From assembly GCA_964639675.1 (NCBI GenBank), contig CAZXEK010000041.1, positions 1 through 50,570 on the forward strand: a stretch of DNA of 50,570 nt, read 5' to 3'. This document shows positions 9,624 through 18,072 of this stretch, one piece after another (the stretch's first letter is position 1; each line of letters starts with the position of its first letter). Made by a program: the position numbers and the translations under genes. Under the pieces are notes generated by a model. That model was given only the letters and a program-made list of their open reading frames with translations, had not been told where the DNA came from and searched no databases. This DNA is from an uncultured Candidatus Saccharibacteria bacterium (GTDB lineage: Bacteria > Patescibacteriota > Minisyncoccia > Phycocordibacterales > UBA12445).

Positions 9624-9745
9624 GTATCTGCTCACAAGTCCGAAATACTCCAGCCTAAAATCATTTTTCCTACTCACGGCCATAAGGGAAATTCGCGATA
9701 AAAGTAATTTTAGGCTTCCGCCTACTCAGACTTGTGAGCAGATAC
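9624..9745 (+). repeat. intergenic repeat family 1, copy B (complete; 17-bp terminal inverted repeats)
   Basis: gtatctgctcacaagtc (9624-9640) is the exact reverse complement of gacttgtgagcagatac (9729-9745). Inner 10-bp stem agcctaaaat/attttaggct. Core cacggccataagggaaattcgcgataaaag. Confidence 0.75.
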
Positions 9746-9766
9746 AGAGCAAGAGCAGCTAGTGAC

Positions 9767-11443
9767 TTATTCTTTCAAGAGTCTTGCTAGACGCAGGTCA
9801 TCGTAGGAGTATTTTCCATGAAACTTTTCGAATATGTTTTTTAGTTTTCCTTCAGAGTCGTTTTGCATTGCAACATGAATAGCTGGTAGAGCCTTCTTTA
9901 ATCCTTGAGAGATTAAAGATATGAGGTGATCTTTTGTAATTCTCCCCGAGCTATATAGTTTTATAGTATGTGCAATAATTGTGCTCTCTACTAACCTGCG
10001 AGATTTGGTAGTTTCTGCGAGGTTGCTACCATTTTTAAGTAAGGCAAGGGTTACGTCTAAGGTGGAGATTTTTGTTTTTCTTTTAAATTTTTCTGGCACC
10101 ACACCACCTTCGGGTTTACCACCTGAAATAGTGATGAAAGAATGGACAAGTTTGTCGTGGTCACCTTGAGCCATCTTCTCGAAGGTTTTACGAGCCTCCG
10201 CTGACTCAAGCTTGAATTCTCGGTCTCGCCTGCTAATTTCTGGATGTACCTCAAGAGCACGATCGTTCCAGCCAAGAAGATGAAGACCAGCGAGAGATCG
10301 GACACGGGAGAGAGCTACATAACCTTGGCCGTATTCGAAGGTCTGAGTTAGATCCATAACTGCGGCGTCGAGCGTGATGCCCTGACTTTTGTGGATAGTA
10401 ATGGCCCAGGCTAAGCGCAAGGGTAGTTGACTGATTCGTGCCAGGACACTTAACCCATCAGTGATAGTCCAGTCCATCGACTCAACTTCGATTTTCATTC
10501 CGCTAAGAGTTCGCACGATTGGCATGCCATTTTTACTGAACTCTCTGACTTCACCCAAGGTGCCGTTTACAAACTTTCCATCCATACTATTTTTGGTGAA
10601 CATAACTCTGGCGCCAATTTTAAGCGAAACTGTTTCCGGAGAGATACAAGCACGTTTCAACGTTGACACCATGCTCTCTGGTCCGCGAGATGTCATTTTA
10701 AACTGCCAGATTTTACCGGGGATTTTTTCCAGACGCTCTTCGTTGATGCGGTCCACATCTTCATTGTGGGAATATAGTTGAGGGAGATCTTTGGGCACTT
10801 TTTTCGGGTCTATTTTTTTAGTCTTCAGTATTTGGTCGGTTTCTTGGTTGACTTTTCCAAGTCGTATGGACGAAAGAAGTTTAAGGAGTGGGCCACTTTC
10901 TTGTCGATGTTGTTCTCCAAGATAGCAGGTTAGGGGCATAGCTTTTTGCCAAGCAGGAGAGCGAAAGGCGAAAGGGGTTAGCAGATTTTCGCTATTTCTG
11001 ATAATGGTTATGGGAGGTAACTGGAAGAAGTCGCCAACCAAGACGAGCTGGAGTCCACCGAAGGGTTTCTGGTTTCGTCTTACCTCCCGACAAACGGCAT
11101 CAGTCATAGCAAGAGTATCGGCTCCGAGCATAGAGATCTCATCAATAATTAGGGTAGTGGCGCGCGAGACACGCTTAACGACACGTTCATTTCCGGATAT
11201 TTGGTCGAGTTCGTAGGGCGAGAGACTTTTTTTTATTCCGATACCACTCCAGGAGTGGATGGTCATACCACCCACGTGGGTTGCCGCGATGCCAGTTGAG
11301 GCAGTGATAGCTGGTTCAATACCTCGCTCTCGGAGCCACCGGACGTACTGGTTTATGGTATGTGTTTTACCACTTCCGGGTTCACCGGTTAAAAAAACAT
11401 TTGCCCCAGTCTGCAATACCTTTAGCGCTGTTTCTTGAGTCAT
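9767..11443 (-). CDS. PIF1/RecD-family ATP-dependent DNA helicase with C-terminal HTH-like extension
   Basis: 558 aa. P-loop GEPGSGKTH, Walker B LIIDEISM, and SF1B motifs VGDFFQLPPI, TIHKSQG and YVALSRV. About 100 additional C-terminal residues. Confidence 0.85.
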   Translation of the reverse strand: MTQETALKVLQTGANVFLTGEPGSGKTHTINQYVRWLRERGIEPAITASTGIAATHVGGMTIHSWSGIGIKKSLSPYELDQISGNERVVKRVSRATTLIIDEISMLGADTLAMTDAVCREVRRNQKPFGGLQLVLVGDFFQLPPITIIRNSENLLTPFAFRSPAWQKAMPLTCYLGEQHRQESGPLLKLLSSIRLGKVNQETDQILKTKKIDPKKVPKDLPQLYSHNEDVDRINEERLEKIPGKIWQFKMTSRGPESMVSTLKRACISPETVSLKIGARVMFTKNSMDGKFVNGTLGEVREFSKNGMPIVRTLSGMKIEVESMDWTITDGLSVLARISQLPLRLAWAITIHKSQGITLDAAVMDLTQTFEYGQGYVALSRVRSLAGLHLLGWNDRALEVHPEISRRDREFKLESAEARKTFEKMAQGDHDKLVHSFITISGGKPEGGVVPEKFKRKTKISTLDVTLALLKNGSNLAETTKSRRLVESTIIAHTIKLYSSGRITKDHLISLISQGLKKALPAIHVAMQNDSEGKLKNIFEKFHGKYSYDDLRLARLLKE

Positions 11444-11520
11444 GCGGAGAGTTTAACACAAAGACTCTAAAATATCTTTTTTTCTGTATCCCCCTATCTC
11501 TCCATTTTAGATATTTTGGA

Positions 11521-11587
11521 AGCTCAGCTCCCAAAGGACTGAATATACCGTTTGGGAGCTGAGCTCCCAAAGGACTCCCAAAGGACC
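11521..11587. repeat. perfect 15-bp-stem hairpin plus three direct copies of cccaaaggac
   Basis: agctcagctcccaaa (11521-11535) pairs with tttgggagctgagct (11551-11565). cccaaaggac occurs at 11530, 11566 and 11577. Confidence 0.7.
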
Positions 11588-11615
11588 GAACGATATTACT
11601 AATCTTGTTTTTACG

Positions 11616-11641
11616 TTACGGCCGTCAGGGAAGTCTGACAC
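11616..11641 (+). repeat. intergenic repeat family 2, copy 1
   Basis: ttacggccgtcagggaagtctgacac compared with 28019-28044 tgacggccgtcacggaagtctgacac. Confidence 0.6.
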
Positions 11642-11746
11642 TTGCAAGATCTTTTCTTTTAGATACATATAGTGAAAGATTAATTCTGCTTAGTCTTACA
11701 CATCAGACGATCGGAAGATATGTAAGGAATGAGTGCAATATGTTAG

Positions 11747-11808
11747 TGAGGTTATGCATGAGGTTATGCAATGCATGAGGTTGGGTTGAGGTTAGGTTGA
11801 GGTTGGGT
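11747..11808 (+). repeat. five tandem 11-12-bp G/T-rich repeats (TGAGGTTatgca x2, TGAGGTTrGGT x3)
   Basis: GAGGTT occurs at 11748, 11760, 11777, 11788 and 11799, giving spacings of 12, 17, 11 and 11 nt. Confidence 0.7.
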
Positions 11809-11966
11809 GATGGGTAATGTGATCATGCGGTACTTTGTTTGTTATAAAAGCAGGAAGTCTCATGGTAATTCTGACACGATCATGCTAGAAATGGATTTTT
11901 ATAATGCCACGGGTTTGTGGGTTTATCTAGTTGGTTTGTAAGATTGGTCTGTGTTACTGTTTTCTA

Positions 11967-12473
11967 ATGAAGGTTAAAAGTTTTTTGATCAGACTACTTG
12001 TCCTGTTGGTTGTGTTCTTCGTGGTGGTTACTCTTCTTGGCCTTTGGGGTCCTAAGGTCGCAAGTTATTGGAGGCAGTATCAGTATGGTTTAGAGGTCAG
12101 ACAGGCGGAGCAGGTTAAAAAAGCCATAGAAGAGGCTTACAGAAATGATCGTGATGGTGGCAAGACTCCTGAAGAGACGTTTGATCTGTTCTTGGTAGCA
12201 CTTAAGTCTGGCGATATCTTGAGGGCTTCAAAATATTATGAACTCTCCGTACAGCCTAAGGCGTTGAGTAGTTTGCAAAAAGAGTTGGCTCAGAGTGGGA
12301 GTTTAGATAAGAGTATAAAATATTTTACAGATGTTAGAGGGATGGGGGTTAAGAAATGTAATGATACTGGAGATGGGTGTACATTTAGATATATTTCACC
12401 AGCTGATAATCTTAGCGAACTAGTCGATATCATTGTAAACAAAAATAGTGGTTTCTGGAAAATCGACTATTAA
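11967..12473 (+). CDS. hypothetical membrane-anchored protein
   Basis: ATG 11967 gives MKVKSFLIRLLVLLVVFFVVV, an N-terminal TM anchor or signal. The ORF-track GTG 11931 is in frame upstream. No family recognised. Confidence 0.5.
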   Translation: MKVKSFLIRLLVLLVVFFVVVTLLGLWGPKVASYWRQYQYGLEVRQAEQVKKAIEEAYRNDRDGGKTPEETFDLFLVALKSGDILRASKYYELSVQPKALSSLQKELAQSGSLDKSIKYFTDVRGMGVKKCNDTGDGCTFRYISPADNLSELVDIIVNKNSGFWKIDY

Positions 12474-12477
12474 CTTA

Positions 12478-15400
12478 ATGAAAAAGTTTTTTGGTTGTTT
12501 TGGTTTTATTTTACTTTTATATCTTTTACCTTCTTATGGTTTCGCTTACGAGCCGACAACAACTCACGCTGGTTTGAGTCAGGAGATTGTGGATTTCTAT
12601 AACGCGCTCCACTTTCCGAAGATCTCGCTAGAGAATAAAGAGTTGATCATTAAGGGTTCTATTGAAGAGGATACTCCAAGCGTTAGAGCCATAAATCATT
12701 TTTACGATCCGATTCGAAATATTGGTGTCAATAATGGGCGCACCTCTAAAGAGTGGGCGGTAGGTGATATAGCCGAGAATGAGTTCACTTGGCCTAAGGC
12801 TATTAGATATTATGCAGAAGGGGATCAAGCCAAAGCCTTTCTATCTTTAGGACATGTTATCCATCTTATAGAAGATCTCTCTGTTCCAGACCACACTCGG
12901 AATGATCCCCATATGGGCGTCGGTGTCGAAGGTCTCTTTACAGGTGAATCACCATTTGAGAAGTGGGCTGATCAGAATAAAAATAGGAAAACTTTATCTG
13001 GCCTCTATCTGAAGTTTATAGAGGAGGGTGATAAGGAAAAAAGTTTTAGTAATCTGTCTGGATATTTCGATTTTTTGGCTAACTATTCTAATAGAAACTT
13101 TTTTAGTAAGGATTCTATAAATTCAGAGTTTTATAAAGAACCGGTGGTTATAAAAGAGGATAATATCTATGCTTATGGCAATGATTATCTGTCTGGAGAT
13201 AGGCATAGACTTCTTATTGTTAAGAAGAATTCAGCTAACGGTAGCAGAGAGTATCAGTTAGAGACTCAAGATGACAAAAGTGTCCTCTCCGATTATTTTG
13301 ACCGTCTTTCTAAACAGGCGGTTCTGACGGGCGTAGGTGTCATAAAACTTTTTTTCAAAGAGGCCGAACAGGCTCGGAGCGATTTTCTAGCCGAGCAAAA
13401 AGCTGAACAACAAAGAGAAGTTGAAAAAGCTATCCGGCTTGATAAGCGACTTTCGGAGTCTAACACCCTCGTTCTTATTGCTTCCGGTCTTGGCTTTATT
13501 GTCAAAGATAATCTTATTTCACCCACCTCAAACAACATGGCAACTTTGGCTAATGGTTTTACTTCTGGCGCAAACATCATAGGTTCTTTAGTCTCGAATG
13601 CTGGTTCAATTATTATTTATACTAGTTCTGCCTTAGCTAAGGAGGTGGCGACAAAAGTTGTGGCGCGAGTTTATAGTGGCTATGATAAATTAGTGGCCAG
13701 GGAGAACCAGACTGCTGTAGTAGTTGCAGTGGGATCTACTCTATCGCCAGGCATTTCTGCGGAGATTTCTCGGAAGGTTCAGCCGCATCAGTTAATAACA
13801 TCAGAATTAGTTAGCCTTAATGTCCCGCCCCTAAACTCTCGAAATAAGGTGGTTGAGGTTTTGCCAGTTCCACCAGCCCGACTAGCGTTAACGGCAGTCT
13901 CCACTCTTCCGACATCTCCAGTAATTGTCGAAGAGGCCGGAACTACGACTGTCAAAGTAGAAGCTCCGGCAGTTCTAAGTAATCAAGAACCACTGGCTTT
14001 GATCTATGCGGTTCCTATCAGAGAATCTTATCCTTTATCGAGTGGCGGTGGCGGTGGTATTCCTGTTGTCAAGACAGCGCTCGAGACTTTAGCTACCAGC
14101 TCTTTGCAGGCAGCTACATCTACTTCCTTTAGTACAAGCACTTCGATCGCCGCGACTTCGACCCCGACTTCTATTTCGACTTCGACTGACTCGTCGATTG
14201 TTCTTTCTCAAAGGTCGATCGTAATCAATGAGCTAGCTTGGGGCGGGACATTAGCACACGCTGAAGATGAATGGATAGAGCTTTACAACAGATCCACACA
14301 GGATATTAATCTCTCTGGCCTAACTCTATATTCCAAAACTGATCAGAGTCCGTATATAAATCTTTCGGGGATAGTACCGGCGCGCGGGTACTTTCTTATA
14401 GAGTCTACCGAGGGAACAGTGAAAAATGTATCGGCTGATCTTGTGGCAAGCTTTGGGTCAGGCCTCTCTAATATTGGCGAAAATGTGGTGCTTTCTTTCG
14501 CCTCTACAACAGTCGATGAGATACCGTTTTGTTTTAATTGGTGTGGTGTGCCCGCCTCGAGAACCACTGAGCGATATGATCCAGATAGCCTCATAAACAG
14601 ATCTTCAAACTGGTCAGCCAACAATGCTACAATTTTTAATGGCTTGGATGCTAACGGCCTGCTAATTATGGGGACACCTCGTGCTAGGAACAGTCTTAAC
14701 TACTTAATAAATAATGGCTCTAATATATATTCTGATCTGACCTTGACTAAAGGTAGCAGTCCTTATCTGATAAATGACATGACACAGACAGTTAATAGTG
14801 GTGCCACTTTGACTATTGAGCCGGGAGTTGTAATAAAATTTAGAAATGCTGCCAGACTTTCGGCTGATGGAAATATTGTTGTCAATGGCACTCTGAGCGA
14901 CCCAGTTATTTTTACCTCTTTTGCCGACGACACTTACGGTGGTGATATGGATCAGGTCGCCGCCACTGCCTTCAGAGGTTCTTGGTTTGGCGTCGAGCTC
15001 TCGAATAAGAGCGCCTCCTCATCTTTCACAAATAGTATCTTTCGTTATGGAGGTAACTATGGCCAGGGGCTCTATAAGAAAGCGATGCTTTATGTAAATC
15101 AGACTTCGCCTCTAATCTCTAACTCAATCTTCGAATTTTCCAAGGCTTACGGCCTTTCCCTGGATAATTCTAATGCAAATATTTTTAATAATATATTCCG
15201 TGACAATATCGGCGATGTATTTTCAACTGGACTCTACATTAACCAGGGAAGTACGACTATAAGTAAGAATAGTTTTATTAGTAACAAGTTGGGCGCGCAG
15301 ATAAATTCGTCTCAGGGCCTACTATCGGATAATATCTTTTCAGCTAATACTAATGCCATTACGGTGTCTGGTCCATCTATCCCACTTATGACTGGCAATA

Positions 15401-15906
15401 GTGGCGATCCATCTGATACCATAGCCTTGTCTGGGAATATAACTACAGTTGGGGCGACGACAACTCTAATAGCTAACTCCATGCCATACTTTTTGTCAGG
15501 TACGGTGACAGTAGCAGTTAACTCCGTCCTTGATATACTCGAGGGGACAATTATAAAAAATTCTATCAGTGGTTCGCCCTCTCTTTTGTCTGTCTTTGGT
15601 AAATTAAATATTGACACGGGGACTTCCACGGGTGTGATTTTCTCATCTAATCTAGCAACACCGATCTCTGGGGCGTGGTTGGGGATCATTATGAATCCTC
15701 TTAGCAGTTCGAAAATAAAAGGTCTGACGATTAAGGATGCGATGGTCGGTATAAAGTATAATAGTTCCCCGATATCTCTTGAGGATGTAATATTTTCGAC
15801 CAACACCACAGCTCTTCAGGCAATCTCTCCCGTTGAGGTCAAACGGGCATCGAATGTAATCTTCATCAATAATGGGACTGACAAGAATCCGGTAGGGCTG
15901 TGGTAA
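12478..15906 (+). CDS. large secreted multidomain protein: Zn-phospholipase C-like domain + S/T-rich linker + lamin-tail domain + parallel beta-helix repeats
   Basis: ATG 12478 gives a signal peptide (MKKFFGCFGFILLLYLL). The track's GTG 12448 would overlap the previous gene. HFYDP and LGHVIHLIEDLSVPDHTRND match the HFYDP / LH.L.D...P.H..N pattern of Zn-dependent phospholipase C. LTD signature IVINELAWGG..EDEWIELYN. The C-terminal ~450 aa contain repeated N-S-I-F/N-x-F beta-helix-like units. Confidence 0.75.
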   Translation: MKKFFGCFGFILLLYLLPSYGFAYEPTTTHAGLSQEIVDFYNALHFPKISLENKELIIKGSIEEDTPSVRAINHFYDPIRNIGVNNGRTSKEWAVGDIAENEFTWPKAIRYYAEGDQAKAFLSLGHVIHLIEDLSVPDHTRNDPHMGVGVEGLFTGESPFEKWADQNKNRKTLSGLYLKFIEEGDKEKSFSNLSGYFDFLANYSNRNFFSKDSINSEFYKEPVVIKEDNIYAYGNDYLSGDRHRLLIVKKNSANGSREYQLETQDDKSVLSDYFDRLSKQAVLTGVGVIKLFFKEAEQARSDFLAEQKAEQQREVEKAIRLDKRLSESNTLVLIASGLGFIVKDNLISPTSNNMATLANGFTSGANIIGSLVSNAGSIIIYTSSALAKEVATKVVARVYSGYDKLVARENQTAVVVAVGSTLSPGISAEISRKVQPHQLITSELVSLNVPPLNSRNKVVEVLPVPPARLALTAVSTLPTSPVIVEEAGTTTVKVEAPAVLSNQEPLALIYAVPIRESYPLSSGGGGGIPVVKTALETLATSSLQAATSTSFSTSTSIAATSTPTSISTSTDSSIVLSQRSIVINELAWGGTLAHAEDEWIELYNRSTQDINLSGLTLYSKTDQSPYINLSGIVPARGYFLIESTEGTVKNVSADLVASFGSGLSNIGENVVLSFASTTVDEIPFCFNWCGVPASRTTERYDPDSLINRSSNWSANNATIFNGLDANGLLIMGTPRARNSLNYLINNGSNIYSDLTLTKGSSPYLINDMTQTVNSGATLTIEPGVVIKFRNAARLSADGNIVVNGTLSDPVIFTSFADDTYGGDMDQVAATAFRGSWFGVELSNKSASSSFTNSIFRYGGNYGQGLYKKAMLYVNQTSPLISNSIFEFSKAYGLSLDNSNANIFNNIFRDNIGDVFSTGLYINQGSTTISKNSFISNKLGAQINSSQGLLSDNIFSANTNAITVSGPSIPLMTGNSGDPSDTIALSGNITTVGATTTLIANSMPYFLSGTVTVAVNSVLDILEGTIIKNSISGSPSLLSVFGKLNIDTGTSTGVIFSSNLATPISGAWLGIIMNPLSSSKIKGLTIKDAMVGIKYNSSPISLEDVIFSTNTTALQAISPVEVKRASNVIFINNGTDKNPVGLW

Positions 15907-15989
15907 CAGCTTTTCTACTCACGGTCATGAGGGAAATTCGCGACAAAAGTGAATTTGGGCTTCCACTTTCAGAGTTTTGTAAGCTGTTA
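15904..15989 (+). repeat. intergenic repeat family 1, copy C (core plus 3' half; different 9-bp closing inverted repeat)
   Basis: ctactcacggtcatgagggaaattcgcgacaaaagtgaatttgggcttcc aligns to copy B. It is flanked by taacagctt (15904-15912) and aagctgtta (15981-15989). Confidence 0.7.
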
Positions 15990-16006
15990 CGAACTGTGGT
16001 AAGAAA

Positions 16007-16031
16007 GACCCCGCTTGGCGGGGTTTGTTTT
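16007..16031. terminator. bidirectional terminator gaccccgc-ttg-gcggggt
   Basis: GC-rich 7-8-bp stem followed by tttgtttt. Sits between convergent genes. The same 17-mer recurs at 48544-48560. Confidence 0.75.
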
Positions 16032-16034
16032 AAT

Positions 16035-16397
16035 CTAGATCTTTTTCTTTGAACAACTAAGGCAAAGTGTTTGGAAGCGCAGTTTTCTGGTCTCGAGGTT
16101 TCCAACTTGGCCACATCTTTCGCAAGTGATTTCACTCAGAGATTCTGCATGGTCAATTAGCCACATTGCTTTAACATTAGCCCCATCAACATAGAATCTC
16201 AGACTCCCGAGTTTTTGTTTTACTTGTCTTACTTTCAGGTTTGGTAGTTTAAGTTTCTCTAGTCTTTCACAGAGGTCGCTGATGATACCAAACCAGCCAT
16301 CAAAACATTCAAATCGTTCTCCTCCTGGAGTAAGTGGTTTATACTCATCAAAAAAGTCAAAGTTAGTCATTAGGAGCTTTTCGTTTTCTTTGTTCAC
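16035..16397 (-). CDS. hypothetical protein with C-terminal zinc-ribbon
   Basis: 120 aa. GTG start preceded by AAGGGGG. CERCG...CLSC forms a CxxC..CxxC pair. Shares the bidirectional terminator at 16007-16031. Confidence 0.55.
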   Translation of the reverse strand: MNKENEKLLMTNFDFFDEYKPLTPGGERFECFDGWFGIISDLCERLEKLKLPNLKVRQVKQKLGSLRFYVDGANVKAMWLIDHAESLSEITCERCGQVGNLETRKLRFQTLCLSCSKKKI

Positions 16398-16480
16398 CCG
16401 AGCACCCCCTTTTTCTTTTTTTAAATTAATCTTTACTTTCTATTTTCTGATCCAGTTAGATTATAACCTAATACGAAAGT

Positions 16481-16510
16481 TTGACAACCAGTCTCTATTT
16501 TTGCTAGTAT
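16481..16510 (+). promoter_or_regulatory. promoter of the rpsN-...-map operon: TTGACA-18-TGcTAGTAT
   Basis: TTGACA at 16481-16486 and TAGTAT at 16505-16510 with TG at 16502-16503. The rpsN ATG is 13 nt after the -10. Confidence 0.55.
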
Positions 16511-16523
16511 ATTTGGCACGCTT

Positions 16524-16709
16524 ATGGCAAAAAAATCAGTAATCGCAAGATCAAAAAGGGTACCGAAATTTAGTTCACGCAAAGTGTCTCGATGTTTTAG
16601 GTGTGGACGCAAACGCGGGTATATGAGAGACTTCGATCTCTGTCGCATCTGTTTTAGGGAACTTGCTAATGACGGCAAAATTCCAGGTATAAGAAAATCA
16701 TCATGGTAA
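16524..16709 (+). CDS. rpsN: 30S ribosomal protein S14 (zinc-ribbon type Z)
   Basis: 61 aa with [17 protein letters not shown]. Lies immediately upstream of S8. Confidence 0.95.
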   Translation: MAKKSVIARSKRVPKFSSRKVSRCFRCGRKRGYMRDFDLCRICFRELANDGKIPGIRKSSW

Positions 16710-17131
16710 ATGATCCAATAGCAGACTTATTAACAAGAATTAAGAATGCAGGTCAAGCTTCGCACCCTTCTCTCGTTTTGCCTTTTTCTAAGATAAAATT
16801 TGAGATAGTTAATGCTCTGGTTCGTGCCGGTTATATAAAATCTGTAACGGTATTTGAGAAGGCAATGGGGAAGAAAACAGCGTTTAAATATTTAGAGATA
16901 TTTATCTCTTATGATCCCCAAGTTCTTAAGACAGGCAAAAAGATCCCAAAGATATGTGATGCCCTTAGGGTTTCTAAACTTTCCAGGAGGATCTATTTTG
17001 GGATAAAAGATTTAAAACCTGTTCGGCAAGGTTATGGGATATCAATTTTGTCTACCACCAAGGGGATATTGACGAATAAGGAGGCTAAGAGGGAGAGATT
17101 GGGTGGTGAAGTATTATTAAAAATCTGGTAG
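16703..17131 (+). CDS. rpsH: 30S ribosomal protein S8
   Basis: 142 aa with [14 protein letters not shown]. Position in the spc cluster fits. Confidence 0.95.
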   Translation: MVNDPIADLLTRIKNAGQASHPSLVLPFSKIKFEIVNALVRAGYIKSVTVFEKAMGKKTAFKYLEIFISYDPQVLKTGKKIPKICDALRVSKLSRRIYFGIKDLKPVRQGYGISILSTTKGILTNKEAKRERLGGEVLLKIW

Positions 17132-17153
17132 TTTTTAATTTCAAATTTTTGTC

Positions 17154-17705
17154 ATGTCTAGAATAGCCAAGAAGCCAATAAAGGTTCCAGATAAGGTGAA
17201 GGTAACTCTTGCCTCTCTTTCGGAAGGGTATCTTTTTACAGTTGTCGGCCCTCTTGGTGAAAATTCTAGAGTTTTCAAAAAGGATATAAATATTTCAATT
17301 GATGATGAGGGTATAAAGTTAGTACTGACATCAATGGACTCCTTAGCACAGAAAGCTTTGTGGGGGACATATGCTTCCCATATTAAAAATATGATAGAAG
17401 GGGTCACGACTGGTTTCAAAAAGAATCTGCAGATTGAAGGTATCGGCTATAAGACTCAGGTCGCAGGTTCTAAGATGACTTGGAGTTTGGGTTTCTCTCA
17501 TACTATCGATGTTGAAATCCCAAAGGGATTGAAAGTGATAGTCGAGAAGAGTATTGTGTCCATGACAGGTATTGATAAGGAGGTACTCGGTCAATTTGCT
17601 GCAAAGTTAGTTGCCATGAAGCCTCCAGAACCCTATAAGGGTAAGGGTATAAGATATGAGGGTCAGATTATAAAACTCAAAGAGGGCAAGAAGTCAGTTG
17701 CTTAA
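17154..17705 (+). CDS. rplF: 50S ribosomal protein L6
   Basis: 183 aa with SRIAKKPIKVP. Gene order S8-L6-L18. Confidence 0.95.
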   Translation: MSRIAKKPIKVPDKVKVTLASLSEGYLFTVVGPLGENSRVFKKDINISIDDEGIKLVLTSMDSLAQKALWGTYASHIKNMIEGVTTGFKKNLQIEGIGYKTQVAGSKMTWSLGFSHTIDVEIPKGLKVIVEKSIVSMTGIDKEVLGQFAAKLVAMKPPEPYKGKGIRYEGQIIKLKEGKKSVA

Positions 17706-17707
17706 TT

Positions 17708-18067
17708 ATGAAAGGTAAATTATCAAAAAGAGAAAAAAGAGAAAGAAGGCACAGGAGAATCAAGGCCAAGGTTTTTGGCAATTCTCAAAAGCCTAGACTG
17801 TCTGTCTATCGGTCCAATAAATTTATTTATGGTCAGATTATAGATGATGAGACGGGTAAGACGATGTTTGCTGTTAGTGATATGAGACTTGATGCTGGGG
17901 TTCCAAAGTCTAAGCTTGAGAAGGCTAAAATTGTCGGCGCGATGCTTGGCAAGATGGCAACAGACAAGAAGATTTCAAAAGTAGTTTTTGATAGGGGGGG
18001 ATTTATTTATACAGGTAGAGTTAGGGCCTTGGCCGAAGGCGCTCGTGAAGCGGGGTTAAAATTTTAA
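17708..18067 (+). CDS. rplR: 50S ribosomal protein L18
   Basis: 119 aa with RLSVYRSNKFIYGQIIDD and FDRGGFIYTGRVRALAEGAREAGLKF. Confidence 0.95.
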   Translation: MKGKLSKREKRERRHRRIKAKVFGNSQKPRLSVYRSNKFIYGQIIDDETGKTMFAVSDMRLDAGVPKSKLEKAKIVGAMLGKMATDKKISKVVFDRGGFIYTGRVRALAEGAREAGLKF

Positions 18068-18072
18068 TAAAA

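Noticed and set aside
11747-11808. The tandem repeats interpreted as a CRISPR array.
   Set aside because: The units are 11-12 nt with no unique spacers, there are only five copies, and there are no cas genes in the window.
15312-15809. Long antisense ORFs inside well-supported genes. Examples are 15312-15809, 18021-18461, 34637-35125, 36957-37406, 46847-47245, 42803-43129 and 49425-49736.
   Set aside because: Each lies entirely within, and opposite to, a gene with strong motif support. None has start signals. They are typical shadow ORFs.
16282-16678. ORFs 16282-16542 (+) and 16433-16678 (-) spanning the rpsN promoter region.
   Set aside because: They overlap the hypothetical gene, the promoter and rpsN itself. 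Their translations look like low-complexity junk.
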